Below, one piece after another: positions 27,900-40,746 of a stretch of 64,000 nt of DNA; position 1 is the first letter of the stretch; each line of letters opens with the position of its first letter. A program made the translations under genes and the position numbers. The notes under the pieces were generated by a model that saw only the letters and a list, made by a program, of their open reading frames with translations, made no database searches and was not told where the DNA came from. Where the stretch lies: NCBI GenBank assembly GCA_028023455.1, contig JAQFVV010000009.1, positions 15,872,001 to 15,936,000 of the forward strand, written 5' to 3'. Source of the stretch: Epiperipatus broadwayi. Taxonomy: Eukaryota; Animalia; Onychophora.

Positions 27900-29300
27900 G
27901 CATTTGTGATATCACATTTTTTTAGATCTCACCATTGCCCAGATAGTATAAGTGACTCAGTAGCAAATGCTAGAGGCATTGGAGTTACTGACATCCAGAC
28001 AAGCAATCCTACATTCGAAAAGAACTTGAAAACTTTCTTCAGTACACACACATATGTGCATTTACTCAAAAAAATTATAATTATGGTCATCCAAGGGAAA
28101 AAGTTTCACAATGACTATACAAACAACTGTCCACATGACTTTACTCTTAACATCTTGTGATGCTATCTTGTAAACTTTTCCTCAGCAAAGTTTTTTTTTA
28201 TCTGAAAGACATCAATTCTTTGCTTATCCTCTGCTATATCCTTTTATTGAAAGAATTCATATTGTATCTCTTTATAGTGTCTTTGAGATAATCTTTTGTG
28301 ATGTAAATGGGTTCTGCTGTATTCAAATTCACCATAAAATATTTATTTCATAAGCTCAATCCATTTATGATGTGCTGTTACAATAATATATGTGATAGAA
28401 GTACTCCAGCGAGCTAAAGAATATATTAATTTGTCTTTTATAATCGAATCATCATATTTTCATAATATTATGGAATATCCATAAAAAAAAATTCTTTCAG
28501 TGGTTTTATGTTAAGTTAATAGAAGATCAAATTTCATTTTTATATAACTAATTTGGCCAAAAATAATTACATCTTCATGATGAAATAAGATGTTCTATAA
28601 TTTATTAAAGGCAGCAAGTTTAGTCTGCACTTCACCATTTAAATATCCCTTTCTATTTAAAAAGCTATTAAGATAGTTAAAGTGATCCATATTCTCAAAC
28701 TGATAACCACTCAAATCAAAAGTTGTTGAGGGTTTTTCCAACCATTAATTATAAATTCCTTGAGTTTTTTGAGTGTTATTTATTCAGTCAATTTTTTAGA
28801 GATTTTATTTAAGACTACTCTTCTAAATTGGCAAGAATACCATCTAGAAGTAGCCAAAATGAGGCTTTTGCTTTTAATATTCTATAAATTAAGAATCCAG
28901 CATTAATTCTATATCATTTAAAAATATTTTTTTAAATTGGCAAGAATAGCATCTAGAAAAAGCCAGAAGATGGAAGTTTTTGCTTTTAATATTTTATGAA
29001 TTTAATCCAGTATTAATTCTATATCATTTCTTGATGCTTGCTTTGTATAATCATCTTTTGACTATTCCTAAGGCTATTATCATAAAAAATAGAAAACTTG
29101 TGAGGAAGTAAGTAGTTTTCATTTCAAATACTCTCACCTAAACATGTAGTAAATGAATAGTTCTGAATAAATTCCTATGAACAATTAGCAATTTTCAAAT
29201 ATTTTATCACAAACTTAAAATTAATAGAGTCAGATACCTTGGCTAAAACAATGTATAACTCATATCTTACCTCATGACACTTTTCATGCAATTAACTGGC
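27900..29300 (-). mobile_element. Degenerate RTE-BovB-like LINE fragment
   Basis: Minus strand: YQFENMDHFNYLNSFLNRKGYLNGEVQTKLAAFNKL, IFYGEF, KDTIKRY; shares GTTTGTATAGTCATT with position 548 of the first copy; internal about 109-bp tandem duplication at 28824-29029. Confidence 0.65.
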
Positions 29301-29524
29301 ACTAAAACTGCTTAGTTTTTATTTTTTCTGTATTTTTCTCTTATTCAAGTGACTGTAAATTGAGCATTAGTTTTTGAAGCATATAACCAAATATTATATT
29401 CTCCTGTTTACAGATTTGAGAAAATCCTATGTTAAGACCCTTCTAACTATCAAAATTTGGGGGTCAAATAACAAGAAATATATCTAATTTTATTTTTAAT
29501 ATAAATAATATAATTATCATGACT

Positions 29525-31350
29525 CATCATCATCATTGCCAACCATTATCAACCCTGCAGGATGAAGGTCTCCAAGTTCAATCCATCTTTTCTAATCTCT
29601 AGCTTTTTTCTCCACAGCACTTCTGCACAGTGCTTTATTTTATCATTCATCTCACATGTGGTCTCTTTCTGGGTCTTTTAAAATCTCTTGGAATCCAATT
29701 TATGATTTCAACTATCCATCTATTCATCTTTTCTAGAAATATTTCTAACCCAACTCCACTTCAGTCTCTTAATTCTTTCAACGATGTCAGCAACATGTGT
29801 TTGTTCTCTTATCCATGTATTTCATTTTCAATCTCTTCTTGGTAATCCTAACATGCATTTCCATATTTCTTTGAGTGATCTGAAGTCTCCATCCATAAGT
29901 AAGAGCTGGTAAAACATATTTATTAAAAACTTTTCTTTTCAAACTCATAGGTATAATTCCTTTTAATATTAAGTTATTTCTACCAAAATCACTCCAACCA
30001 AGTTTAATTCTATTGTTAACTTCTTCTAACTCACCATTATTAATCTTTATTTTCATCATTTGAGAAAATCCATTAAACATTATTTTAGTCTTTTTAATGT
30101 TTACTCTTAGCCTTATTTTCATTTGATAACTCTTGCAACATTTCCTGAAGATCTGAAGCATTATTTGCAAAAACAACTACACCATCTGTAAAATTTAAAT
30201 GACTTAAATAACCATAAAATACTTTTTATAATATTGTTGTAAAAAGTTTTGGCGATATGGAGTCTCCCTCTCTTGCACCTTCTCAATGTTAACCTTCCTA
30301 GTATCATTATGTAATCTAATTGTTGCTGTTGCATTTTTATAAATATTCTTTAGAATATGACAATATCCTGGGTCTATACCTTGATGATCCAGTACTTTAA
30401 TCATTGAAGAAATGCTTATAGAATCAAATGCATTTTCATAATCTACAAATCCAAAGCATTATGGCAACTTATATTCATTGGTCCTTTCTATAACTTCTTT
30501 CAATACTTGGATATGATCTACTGTACTAAAACCGCTTTTAAATTTAGCTTGTTCTTTTGATTGGTTGAAATACAAAGTTCTCTGTAGACGAGTTGTTATT
30601 ATCTTGATAAAAATTTTGTATAAAATTGATAAAAAAACTGATAGGTTTGTGATTTCTAATATCTTTTTTATTATTTTTTAAAAATATGAATATTGCATTC
30701 TCCCAATCATCTGATATATCTTTATCATTTAGTATATAAGTTTGCCAATTTTTTTTCTATTTCTTTACCTGCTTCTTTTAAGATATCAATTATAATTTCA
30801 TCATTACCTGGAGCTTTTTCCTTCTACATAAATTTAATTGCATGGCTCACTTCTTCATTTAAAATCGTAGGCAATTCAGAAGATACAATAACTGCAGAAG
30901 GTTCTTTTTCTTTATCACTATATAATTCTTGATAGAACTCTTCTACAAATTTCATGATGTCAGCTCTCGTTTTAAATTGTTCCATCTTTTTTATTTATTG
31001 CAGATATAAGTTTCCTACCAATACCAAAATGTTATTTTACACTCTTGAGACATTTATTCTCTTCTATAGTTTTCCTTGCTAGTTCACAATTATACTTATT
31101 TATATCATTATCAACTCTTTTTTGTATCATTTTACAAAATTCGAGGCATTCAATCCTTCTTATTCCTTCATTTTTTTATATTTTCATATTCCTTTTTTTC
31201 TTTATAAATTCTCTAGCCTCAGTAGAAATTTTATTGATCAGTTGCTGCCTTTTTCTACCAGCTATCTTTGTTGCAGTTTTAAAAGTCTATCATTTATATT
31301 TCTATTGATTTCATTCAAATCTGAATCATGTTCAAAATCTGCTAATATTT
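29525..31350 (-). mobile_element. RTE-clade LINE, 5'-truncated, same family as 5100-6022
   Basis: (TGA)n tail at 29525; KAFDSI-type motif, VLDHQGIDPGY, RVNIKKTKIMFNGFS, RIKLGWSDFG, VLPALTYG; internal deletions. Confidence 0.88.
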
Positions 31351-32399
31351 AAAAACGTTTTGCATGTTCTAATTTAAATTCATTAGAAAAAAAATGACAA
31401 AAATCAATGAATATTATTTTTATAATCCAGAAAATATGTTCTTTATTGGAATGTTAAAAAAAGAGAGAGAGAGGGGGGTGGGTGTATTTATAATTTGACA
31501 CGAATTTTCAGTTTGAATTTTTTTTTTGAGCTGCACATATTCTAAATAATATGAATAAAACCTTTCATCTATATGCAGAAGATCCAACTCCTCAAAATAG
31601 GTTGCATTCTTGATGTGAAATAAATAAAAAAAACTTTAATCTTCTAATAATACTCTTTTCTATCTATGGTAAAGAAATAGGATAAAATTTGATTTTCTAC
31701 AGCATGGAATGTTTTTCATTAATATATTATCAAAAATTATAAAAGCATTTGTTAATAATTATTTTCATTTTTAACAACAAAAAAATATAGTATTATTTTT
31801 ATTAATTTTATCTAAGGCATGGTAGGATAAACATGAATAAAAATATTGACAAAAATAAGCTTTTTTCATGCCAAAAATGTACACTTTCATTATCAGTTCT
31901 GGCAGGAATTAATTTATTTAATTAAAAGCAAGCCATTATTTTTTTAAATTTCTTTATGTTTGTCCAAGGTTGTAAAAATTTTTTTTCCCTAATTAATTGT
32001 AAGAATAACTCTGTTTCATATGTACTAAAGCAATCAACTAATCTGCTTGTTAATATTTTCCATTGAAACTCCTATCATAAAAACTCAGTGTTTTCATTAT
32101 TTTCCTTCATGTCTCTCCAGAAATTGTTCTCTAATTTGCTATATTTTTGCACTGCTTTTATAGCAAAAGAAAGTAAATTCATATTCCCAAATCAAAGATT
32201 ATTATTTTTTCTTTTCCCAGTCTCATTATTTTTTTTTCCCCAAATATAAATAAATGTAATTATTGTTTTTAATAGGAGATTAATATCTTAATTAAATCTT
32301 CATATTTATACAATCTATTTTTTTCTTCCAAATTTAATTAATAGATTAATATTCTAAATAGATAACTTATTTGTACAATGCTTTCCCCCTTCTAAAGCT

Positions 32400-32825
32400 A
32401 ATTGAAATATATGGATGGGTATTTATAAATGTATATGTGGATTGGTATATGTAGGTATATGGGTGTATATATATGTATATGTATGTTTAAAGGATATATG
32501 TGTATATATTTGGATATCCATACATACGTATAGATGTAGGTATAGAGTTTTTTATTTTTTGTTTTTTTATTTATATATGTCTAGAGGTGATGTGAATATA
32601 TATATATGTAAAGGATATATGGATATATAATATTCAGAGGTATATTTAATCCATGCATATATATAGATGTAAGTATGGAGTTTTTTTAATTTTATTTATA
32701 TATGTGTAGAGGTGATGTGAATATATATATCTGTATGCAAGGGATATATGAATATATGATATTCATATGTATATTACATGTGAAATGATGGTTATGTATT
32801 TGTATTTATATTATTCGAATATTGT
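32400..32825 (+). repeat. TA/TG-rich dispersed repeat, copy 1 (truncated before the hammerhead motif)
   Basis: Colinear with 35640-35978 (TATTTATAAATGTATATGTGGATT...TGTGAAATGATGGTTATGTATTT...ATATTGT). Confidence 0.8.
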
Positions 32826-32877
32826 TAATAAATATAAAAGTTGTAATTATAAGTTTTACAAAATTGATAAAACGAAT

Positions 32878-33270
32878 AACAAGAGAATATACATGTAAAT
32901 GGAAAACTATGGGTGATTTAGTGTGCAAATTGTGTAAGGATGGTATAGAAAATATTAGGCATCTGTTCATTGAATGTAAATGCTTGAAAGCAGAAAGGAT
33001 ACAGATAATGAAGTTATGGGAGAAAAGATATAAACAAAGTGATTATAAAGAAAGTGAGTTATTGGTTTTTATGCTGGGGTTGCGAAAAGATAAGGGGGAT
33101 TTAGATATAAAGGCCATAGAGTTGATAAAGATGTTGTGGAAATGGGATGAGGCAGAATATGGGAAGACTTACGAGTGGGGAATGGAAAATAAATTGGCTA
33201 ACAGGTTTATCTAGGCATAATTGCTGAGATATTCTTGACTTCGTTTAAGGAGAAGCCAAAATACATCACA
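32878..33270 (+). mobile_element. 3' fragment of the LINE family at 9645-13159
   Basis: TREYTCKWKTMGDLVCKLCKDGIENIRHLFIEC..., near-identical to 12757-13150 including the 3' UTR GGCATAATTGCTGAGA..TTTAAGGAGAAGC. Confidence 0.93.
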
Positions 33271-33945
33271 GATAGGAAATTTTGGAAAAAAAAACCCGTC
33301 ATTTTAATTAAAGCAGTGAAGCATAGAGATGAGTATTAAAGAAAAATATAAATTAGTGATATAAAGATAAAAGTTTTTAAAAATTAAAATATTAAAGTAA
33401 AACAGATATTATCGATTAGATAATAATTAAACAAGATAGATAACAAGAAATAAGGAAAGAAAATTATAAAATACAGTAATATTAATGAAAAATAATATTT
33501 AAAAAGATTTTTTAATAAAAAAGTAAAAATAAAATAGGTTTAAAAAGTAAATTTTAAGAAAAATGGTGTATTGGATATATTTTTTATATATGTGTAATTT
33601 ATATTGTAACGATATATAAATATGTTGTTACATTTATTTAAAATAAAAACTTAAAAGTTCGCAAATAAAAGTAAAAAACTAAACGCTAAAATTAAAATAT
33701 TGTTAAACGTATATACATTCGCACAGATGCCAAACTTTAAAAATATTTTTTTTGAAAAAAACAAATAAATAAGTATTTGAACGTACAAGATTTAAAAATA
33801 AAAACAGGTATTAATTAATTCTTGTAATCTGTAAATGGAAATGATTGTTTATAAATTGTTTGAAAAACAAGCTAGCCTTGGGCTCTTGTATGATTAAAAT
33901 GATCTGATGAAAGATAGATAAGAAAATAAAGAGAAATTAGCTTGA

Positions 33946-34065
33946 CCAATGGAAGCACCAAGCCTCAGCCCAGACCCGAACGAAAATTTGGATTAGTGAC
34001 GTCTTTGTTCATTCAATCTGGAGATTTACTATAAAAAGGGAAATACAGTTTTTTCGGACAGTTCC
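33946..34065 (+). promoter_or_regulatory. Candidate Pol II core promoter (CCAAT, CRE-like, TATA, Inr-like), probably TE-derived
   Basis: CCAAT 33946-33950, TGACGTCT 33997-34004, TATAAAAA 34030-34037, CAGT with A at 34060 (30 nt from the TATA start), in a CpG-retaining block. Confidence 0.4.
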
Positions 34066-34439
34066 AGCGTTGTGTGTTTGAGAGATGCGGTAGGACGCAC
34101 ATACCACACTCTCTATTTAAAAAAAGGAAAATGAAAAGACTGTGATACCTTGAACCAGCTATTGCCATCTCCAGAACATTATCTTCCAATGGAGGCGTCG
34201 CAGGAATTAAAAACAGGAACCTGGACTCTTCTACCATAAGCTATATGAAATGAACAATTATTAAAATCAATTAAGAACTTTCGTCAAGTTTTATAAATTG
34301 ATAAACAAGCCAACTTAAATGTTAAAAACGGACTCTTATCTGACTTTTGTAAGTTTTTAAATCAAATTAATAATGTTTAATTTTATACGTTTTCCGATTG
34401 ATAAAAATCATTTCCATTTTTTTTTCTCTTATTGTATAA

Positions 34440-35300
34440 ATTATTTGTTGTTTAAATTTTAAATGATGAAATTTAAGGTTGGGTATAGACGTTGCATAGA
34501 TTCGTTAGCGGTTGATAATGTTGTGGTTTCCACATTCGATTAGAATATATGTCAACGATATCACTGCAAGCATCTTACGATGAATGCTAATGGGATTTGT
34601 ATATTCCCTATGCAAGTGACGCTTATCGATGACTTTGTATTTTGATCGGTTGTGTTTAATTTGGGATGTTTTTGACTGTGGAATCTGTGCAGCTGATCTA
34701 TACTCAACATTTTAAAACAAATTTTATAAAATTCATTTGTGCGAATGTATCTAAATGTTAAATTTAAGTTGGGCGTGAATGGCTATATAGTTTTGTAAAG
34801 TTATATTAAGGGAGGGTAATCTTAGGTTATTCGTTTCGTAGTTGAATTGGCTCAATGGATTGGATATATTTGTGTAATTAGTAGATGTAGTATGAGATCC
34901 GCTTTGGGCAGGATTGCATATATACGCCACACACCTTCTGTTTGCCTATGGATGGGTTGGTAAGTCGGCAGAAGACCGCAGTCCATTCCTATGGAGTTTT
35001 TTGTTTATTGTTTTATTTGCCAACAGATGTGACATTCCTGTTGGTGGAGAGTCAATGTCTTCTCTAATTCTACTTACTGTTCAGATGTACTTTCCTGACA
35101 GTATAGTATTTTGTGTTGTCGTATCATGCTACATTGAATACATGAATGTATCAGATGGATTGGCGCCAGTTTGGTTGCGAAATTTGTGGCCTAAGGTTAA
35201 ATCAAGGAAGAATATTTTCTTTTCAAATGCAGATCTATGTAGTCTATTCATACTTGACTATCTAAATAAAATATTAAACTCATTGAAACTTAGTTAAATG
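34440..35300 (-). mobile_element. Penelope-like (Neptune-type) retroelement remnant: RT thumb and linker
   Basis: One minus frame reads FFLDLTL...NPSDTFMY...LSGKYI*TV...KKLHRNG...YICNP...TLQNYIAIHAQL, paralleling recalled Neptune motifs FLDLTI, KPTDTFQYL, IKGExIR, RGY, YNP, NLxDxLVRAKL. GIY-YIG not clearly recoverable. Confidence 0.6.
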
Positions 35301-35639
35301 TAAAATTAAAAGTTAATATAACAATCTAAAATGTTAAACTTATTCCTCAACATTTAAATGTTATTTTATAGGTGCGTAAATAAATATTTTTATGTGTTAA
35401 TTTCTGGCAGTGGCTTTTATTTATTTATATTTAAGATATAGATTTTTATCTCTGCGTCTCCGCTGAGCTAGTGACTTGGGCTAACGATCGGAATATTTAA
35501 ATAAAGTGGAATCTTAACAGCGCGTATCTGCCTACTCTATAAATTTTTCTAGGCTCAAATGCCTAGATGGCGCCCTGGTAGTTGCAGATATTGTTTTTGC
35601 GGATAGATTCGATCTTCACTTTCATTTCAATCGTTATAA

Positions 35640-36060
35640 TATGTAAGTTGAGTATACATATGGATTTGTATTTATAAATGTATATGTGGATTTGTATATA
35701 TATACATATGTCTATGGGTATATGTGTATCTGTGTGTATATGTATGTTTAAAAGATGTATGTGTATATATTTGGATATGCATATGTATATATAGATGTAG
35801 GTATGGAATTTATATATATGTCTAGGGGTGATGTAGATTTATATATGTATATGTATGAAGGGAAAATATGTGTATATTTTGATATATATGTGTATTATAT
35901 ATATGTAAAATGATGGTTATATATTTTTATATATATATGTGAAATGATGGTTATGTATTTATATTATTCAAATATTGTAGCTCTGATGAAGACTGCTGGA
36001 CAGTCGAAACTGTAAGGAAAATAAAGAAGTTTTTAAGAAAATTTGTTTGCATTAAAGTGT
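35640..36060 (+). repeat. TA/TG-rich repeat copy 2 ending in hammerhead motif and AATAAA (PLE terminal-repeat-like)
   Basis: Homologous to 32400-32825; continues into CTGATGA..GAAAC, then AATAAA at about 36020. Confidence 0.7.
35978..36017 (+). ncRNA. Minimal type I hammerhead ribozyme motif
   Basis: CTGATGA (35983-35989), extra A, stem II GACTG/CAGTC with CTGGA loop, GAAAC (36006-36010), T, GTA cleavage triplet; stem I only CT/AG. Confidence 0.65.
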
Positions 36061-37328
36061 ATATGAAAGAACTGTTGTAAGCAATATATATATAATTATA
36101 ATATTAATTGGAAGATTGATATCTTAAATAAAACATCTAATTTTAATACAGTGAAACTTCAATCCATTGTTTTTAAAGGTACGGGAGAAAATAAACATTA
36201 GATATGGTAAAATGCTAATATAGGAAATCCATTAAAAATTATAGAATATAGTTTAATGATTATTCACTGAAATATCTTTAAAAATACAGCTCAGATTTTA
36301 TAATACAAGACAATTGTAAAATATATAATTTTAATTTTACAAAAAGTAAAGTAAACTCAAGATTTTATAAACTTTAAAAAGATTTTAAGACATTATTTAT
36401 TGAAAGGTTTGTTATTTAATTTTATGCAAATTATATGGTTCACTTTGAAGTCCATTTTTTTATTACTATAATTTTATTGTGCTCACAGTATACACATTTA
36501 CGATATAATGTAACTGCTCTATTCATTGCAGTACTTTATGAATTGTGGCAAAGTTTGGCATATCTTCAAATTCTCCATTTTCTTATTTTTTTATTTAATA
36601 AAATAAGTTATGGTATTGCAACAGGAACAAAAAATAACAAGAATGAAATATATTAAACCCAAATAATGGATGAAAATTATTTATATGTACATATTAGAAA
36701 CATTCACAGTAAATTAAAATGGAATGTTCCTGACCATGCTTGATAAAGCATTACTCTTGACCTTCAGTGTTCCCAAATCTTCACTTAATTCAAAATAAAG
36801 AAAAGAAAGCAAAGATGTCCTCATTTTTTTAAAAAAATATCCTGCAAAAAATATTTTTTCAGAATTGTGATATATATATACATTAAAAAAATATAGAAAT
36901 AAAATGAAAATAGTTAAAGAATTTATATGTAATATTTAAAAAAAAAAAAGGTTATTAAATCTTAATTTCATATATATATATTAATTTACAAAATTTGATT
37001 TTTTAAACTGTTCAGCTACAGATTTCAGAGGAAAAATTCATTCATTCTCTTTATTATACTCCACATCAATATGATGTAACTTTGCGAAATCAATGGATAT
37101 TTGGTTTTTTTTTCACTCTTTTATTCTATCATAAGATTTTCAGCCCCAGATAACTTTCTTGAATAATCATATGTATTGGAGATTAGCCCAGTAATTATAT
37201 ATATATCTTTGTGAACTCATTTTAGTTAATTTATACACTTTCATTCTTTGGATCAGATAATATATACTAATAAAACTTAGCACGACTTTTTCAGCTTACA
37301 TGTAGCATATGTTTTCAGGAGGTAGTAC

Positions 37329-39898
37329 TGAAGCAATTACTCTGTAGTCAGAATGATCTTCATGTTTTTCTACCTAAAATAAACTAACATGTACAAGGGT
37401 TCAAAACCAGTAATATTTAAATTACTAACAGTGACATCATACATATGTAATTATATATATTACAAACTTATAATGAATATTGTATATTTTTTGATTCTGT
37501 TATTTTGATATTTTCATACTTTTGAATATTTTAAGCTTGTGTTCTTTTTATTTAAAAGAGAATTTTTTTTTTATCACATAAAGCTTGTCATTTGTAAAAA
37601 TTATCTGCATTTAATTTCACATTTGTAAAAATATAAAAGAAAGAGGATATAACCAAGATGGTAGGTTCAAATCAGCCTATTGTGAAGTTTTCTTCACTAA
37701 TTAAATATTTTAAATGCTTGATTTTAATTAATCAAAATATCGTCTTATCATAATTTTACTTTTATAATTTAAAGACTATAATTAAAAGTTTTGCATGAAA
37801 ATGATTTGAACCTTATTTTCTTATGTCTTACTTTTAATTAAAATGGACTGTAATTTGCTTAGGAATTTAATAATTGTCTCATCTGCCTCTGGGCAAATGA
37901 GCCAAAACATTCCTGTAATAGCTTGGGTGGTAAAAATAGAATAGATTAGAGAGATAAGAGTCAGTTTTTAGCCAGAGTCTTATAGTCTGAGTCAGACAGT
38001 CTAAGTCTTGCACTTTGCTTTTACTTTTTTGTGCTTAGTTTTAAAATGACAGTTGAGTAGGGCCCGAATCTTCTTTCCCTGTGCCTCTCAAGGCTGCCTC
38101 TAGTATGATGCCACAAAACTTCTGCTGTGGAATGCTGTCACCGATGAAAGATCCATAGTGACCAAGACTGTTGACCACCAAGCTGATCCACGCAACTGAA
38201 GTTCAGAGAATGAACCATTTAACCATTCACCCCCAAGTATGCCAAGATAACAATCCACTAGCTATGTAAAGTTGTCGGTACTTACCTCTAAATACTAATT
38301 GTTTTTTTTTTATAATGTTTATATTTAATCTTTACTTGTAAGACCTCTCTATATATGTAATATATTTTCTTATAATACTAACTCCGATTTCATTTTATTC
38401 TAGCTTTATAAGTCTGTGCATTCTGTTTAATATCTTTTCAAAGTTTTTTTTAGTTGTGCCAGTTCAGCTCAACCTCGCAAATTTAATATATAATTGTTTT
38501 TTTTTTTTTAAAAAAAAAAAGAAAAGAAACCAAAGCAAAGTAAATTGTAGTGATAAGGATTTATTTATCATTCACTCCCTGTAAGATTGAATATATTATG
38601 TTAAAATAGATTCGCAGGGTTGATCGTTCTAAAACTCTCTTGTTTAATTATTTTTTTATTTTTGTTCATGAAAGATCGCAGTAAAGAATGAAGTGTTAAT
38701 TACTGTCATTGCCAAATGGGCCAATCAATTAGAAGTTTTAATTTTGTTTGAAGCGTACATGGGAAAGCATAACCGACTAATCAAATAAATAATTAATTAA
38801 ATGTCTCATTTGATATTCATAACCTGATTCACTATTATACATACCACTATGCAGGGGAATTGAACCATTAAAGTTATTATATTAAACACTATTTTATTCT
38901 CATATGTATATTGTACTGCCGGCATAGCTTAACATTTCTTCAGTATTTCAAATGCTTGGTCATTGGGGAATCTTTGAGAATCCAAAGTTTTCCCTCCCTT
39001 TTGAAATCATTCGTAATCAGGGATTATACTCCTTGTGGAATGCAAGGTTTTTTGGATGCTCTATGGAAAAGATCATTCGCCAGCTTCCATATCACCAAAC
39101 CTACCTCAACCTTTGTACCGTTTTGCCATACGTGCGAATGTACGCCTTCTTCATGAAAATACATTCAATGACAAAACTATTCTTTGACCAGCTGGGGTTT
39201 TCCTACATATATGCTTAACCTTTTTATGTTAGTAGTTACAATATCCATTCATTAAATTGTTTTGCTTGTTTCATCCCAGTAAGCAATAAGGGTATGAGAA
39301 GTGTGAATCATGTTAGAAGTATTGTATAGATTCCTGTAGTGCGCTTGGTTTAAAGTTGCTACCCTTTTAAAATTTATGAACCATTCCTGTATATGCGTAT
39401 ATTTTTCATTCTCTAATAATAGTCAAAAGAAAATACATGTAAAAAATAAAATAAATGTTTTTATTTTTGCTGGAAATAAATGTAGTTTATAACTTTGAAC
39501 GTATGGCTCCTACTAATTTAAATCATCGATCTTTGGTTTTTTGTGTAAAAGAGAGTTTACTTTGGCAAAGTGAATTTGCGCACATGACCTAAAGCAACAT
39601 ATTGTCTAACTCCTGTTAACAAAGATTAAGAATTATTCAGTGTTAACGTAATAAATGTAAACCTATCTAAAGTGAAATCGCTCTATATAGATATATGTTG
39701 TATTCTTGCTAATTTGATATTAAAACACATTAAAAATCTAATCCAGAGTTCGAATCTTTATTTTGGTTAGTTTTTAAATATAAAAAGATGTTATATAATT
39801 ATGTATTATTATAATTCATATATCTTATTCTGGGATTCATCCTCAACAATCCTAATTCGAGTCTCATGTCTCTGTACCACTGTGTGACATCCGGTACA
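37329..39898 (+). repeat. 5' LTR (2,570 bp)
   Basis: TGAAGCAAT...CCGGTACA; colinear with the 3' LTR, 11 substitutions in the first 140 aligned nt. Confidence 0.95.
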
Positions 39899-40746
39899 GT
39901 GGATTTCCCCCCCGATTATATACACCTATTCATGGGGCTCTGATCAATGCCACAGCTCTGAGAAAATTTGTGCTTGTATAGATTTAAAAATATATATATA
40001 AAACGAATATGTATAAATTATATGTTTGAATTATATATATAAATCATATAAATCAATTTCGCGTTTCTAAAAAAAAGGGGGGAAGAAAATGTTTTTTCTC
40101 TCAGATATATATTTATTGATATTATGTGTTCACACATTTATATATATTAACGTATGTATACACAAATGTAATGTACTGTATATGTATGACAAATTTAAAG
40201 TTAAGAATATTGGAGGTATTTATAGAATACCATTTTGCAAATATTATTAAATATTATATGTGTGTTTATTGTACTGTTGGCTGGAGCCTTATAAATGTGC
40301 CAACAGGAAGTGTTAAAAGTCATGTCATTCAACCAAATTGTATTCAAACCTGGATAATTGTTATATAGAGAGAGTCAATTTTAGTATATTTATGGACTAT
40401 ATCTGGATATCATACATATGTTTGTCAAGTAATAATCGTAGTTTGTTCTAGTCTGTTTCAGGTGCGGCAGAGCATCCAACAGGGAAATTAAGGAGCAAAC
40501 TGAGTCTAGTGGAATAAAATTAAGCAGTGGTCAGCAGTGAGTAATAGATAGGTGCAGCATAAAGGGGATAGTTTAAATAAAGAAATGGGAGTTTGTGGTT
40601 GTGTAGGAATGGAGGCAGTTGAAGAGAGGGGGGGGGATGTTCATTTCCAATATTATAAATAGAGAAGTTATTAAGTCCAAGTCAGCAAAAATTTAATTCA
40701 CATTTTATTTTAACGAACATTTTGAATATATATAAAAAGGAAAAAA

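Noticed and set aside
33904-33926. CTGATGA...GAAA second hammerhead
   Set aside because: The intervening AAGATAGATAA cannot form stem II.
39899-39920. Primer-binding site of the Gypsy element (TGGATTTCCCCCCCG)
   Set aside because: The position and TGG start fit a PBS, but I could not match it to the 3' end of a specific tRNA, so no primer is assigned.
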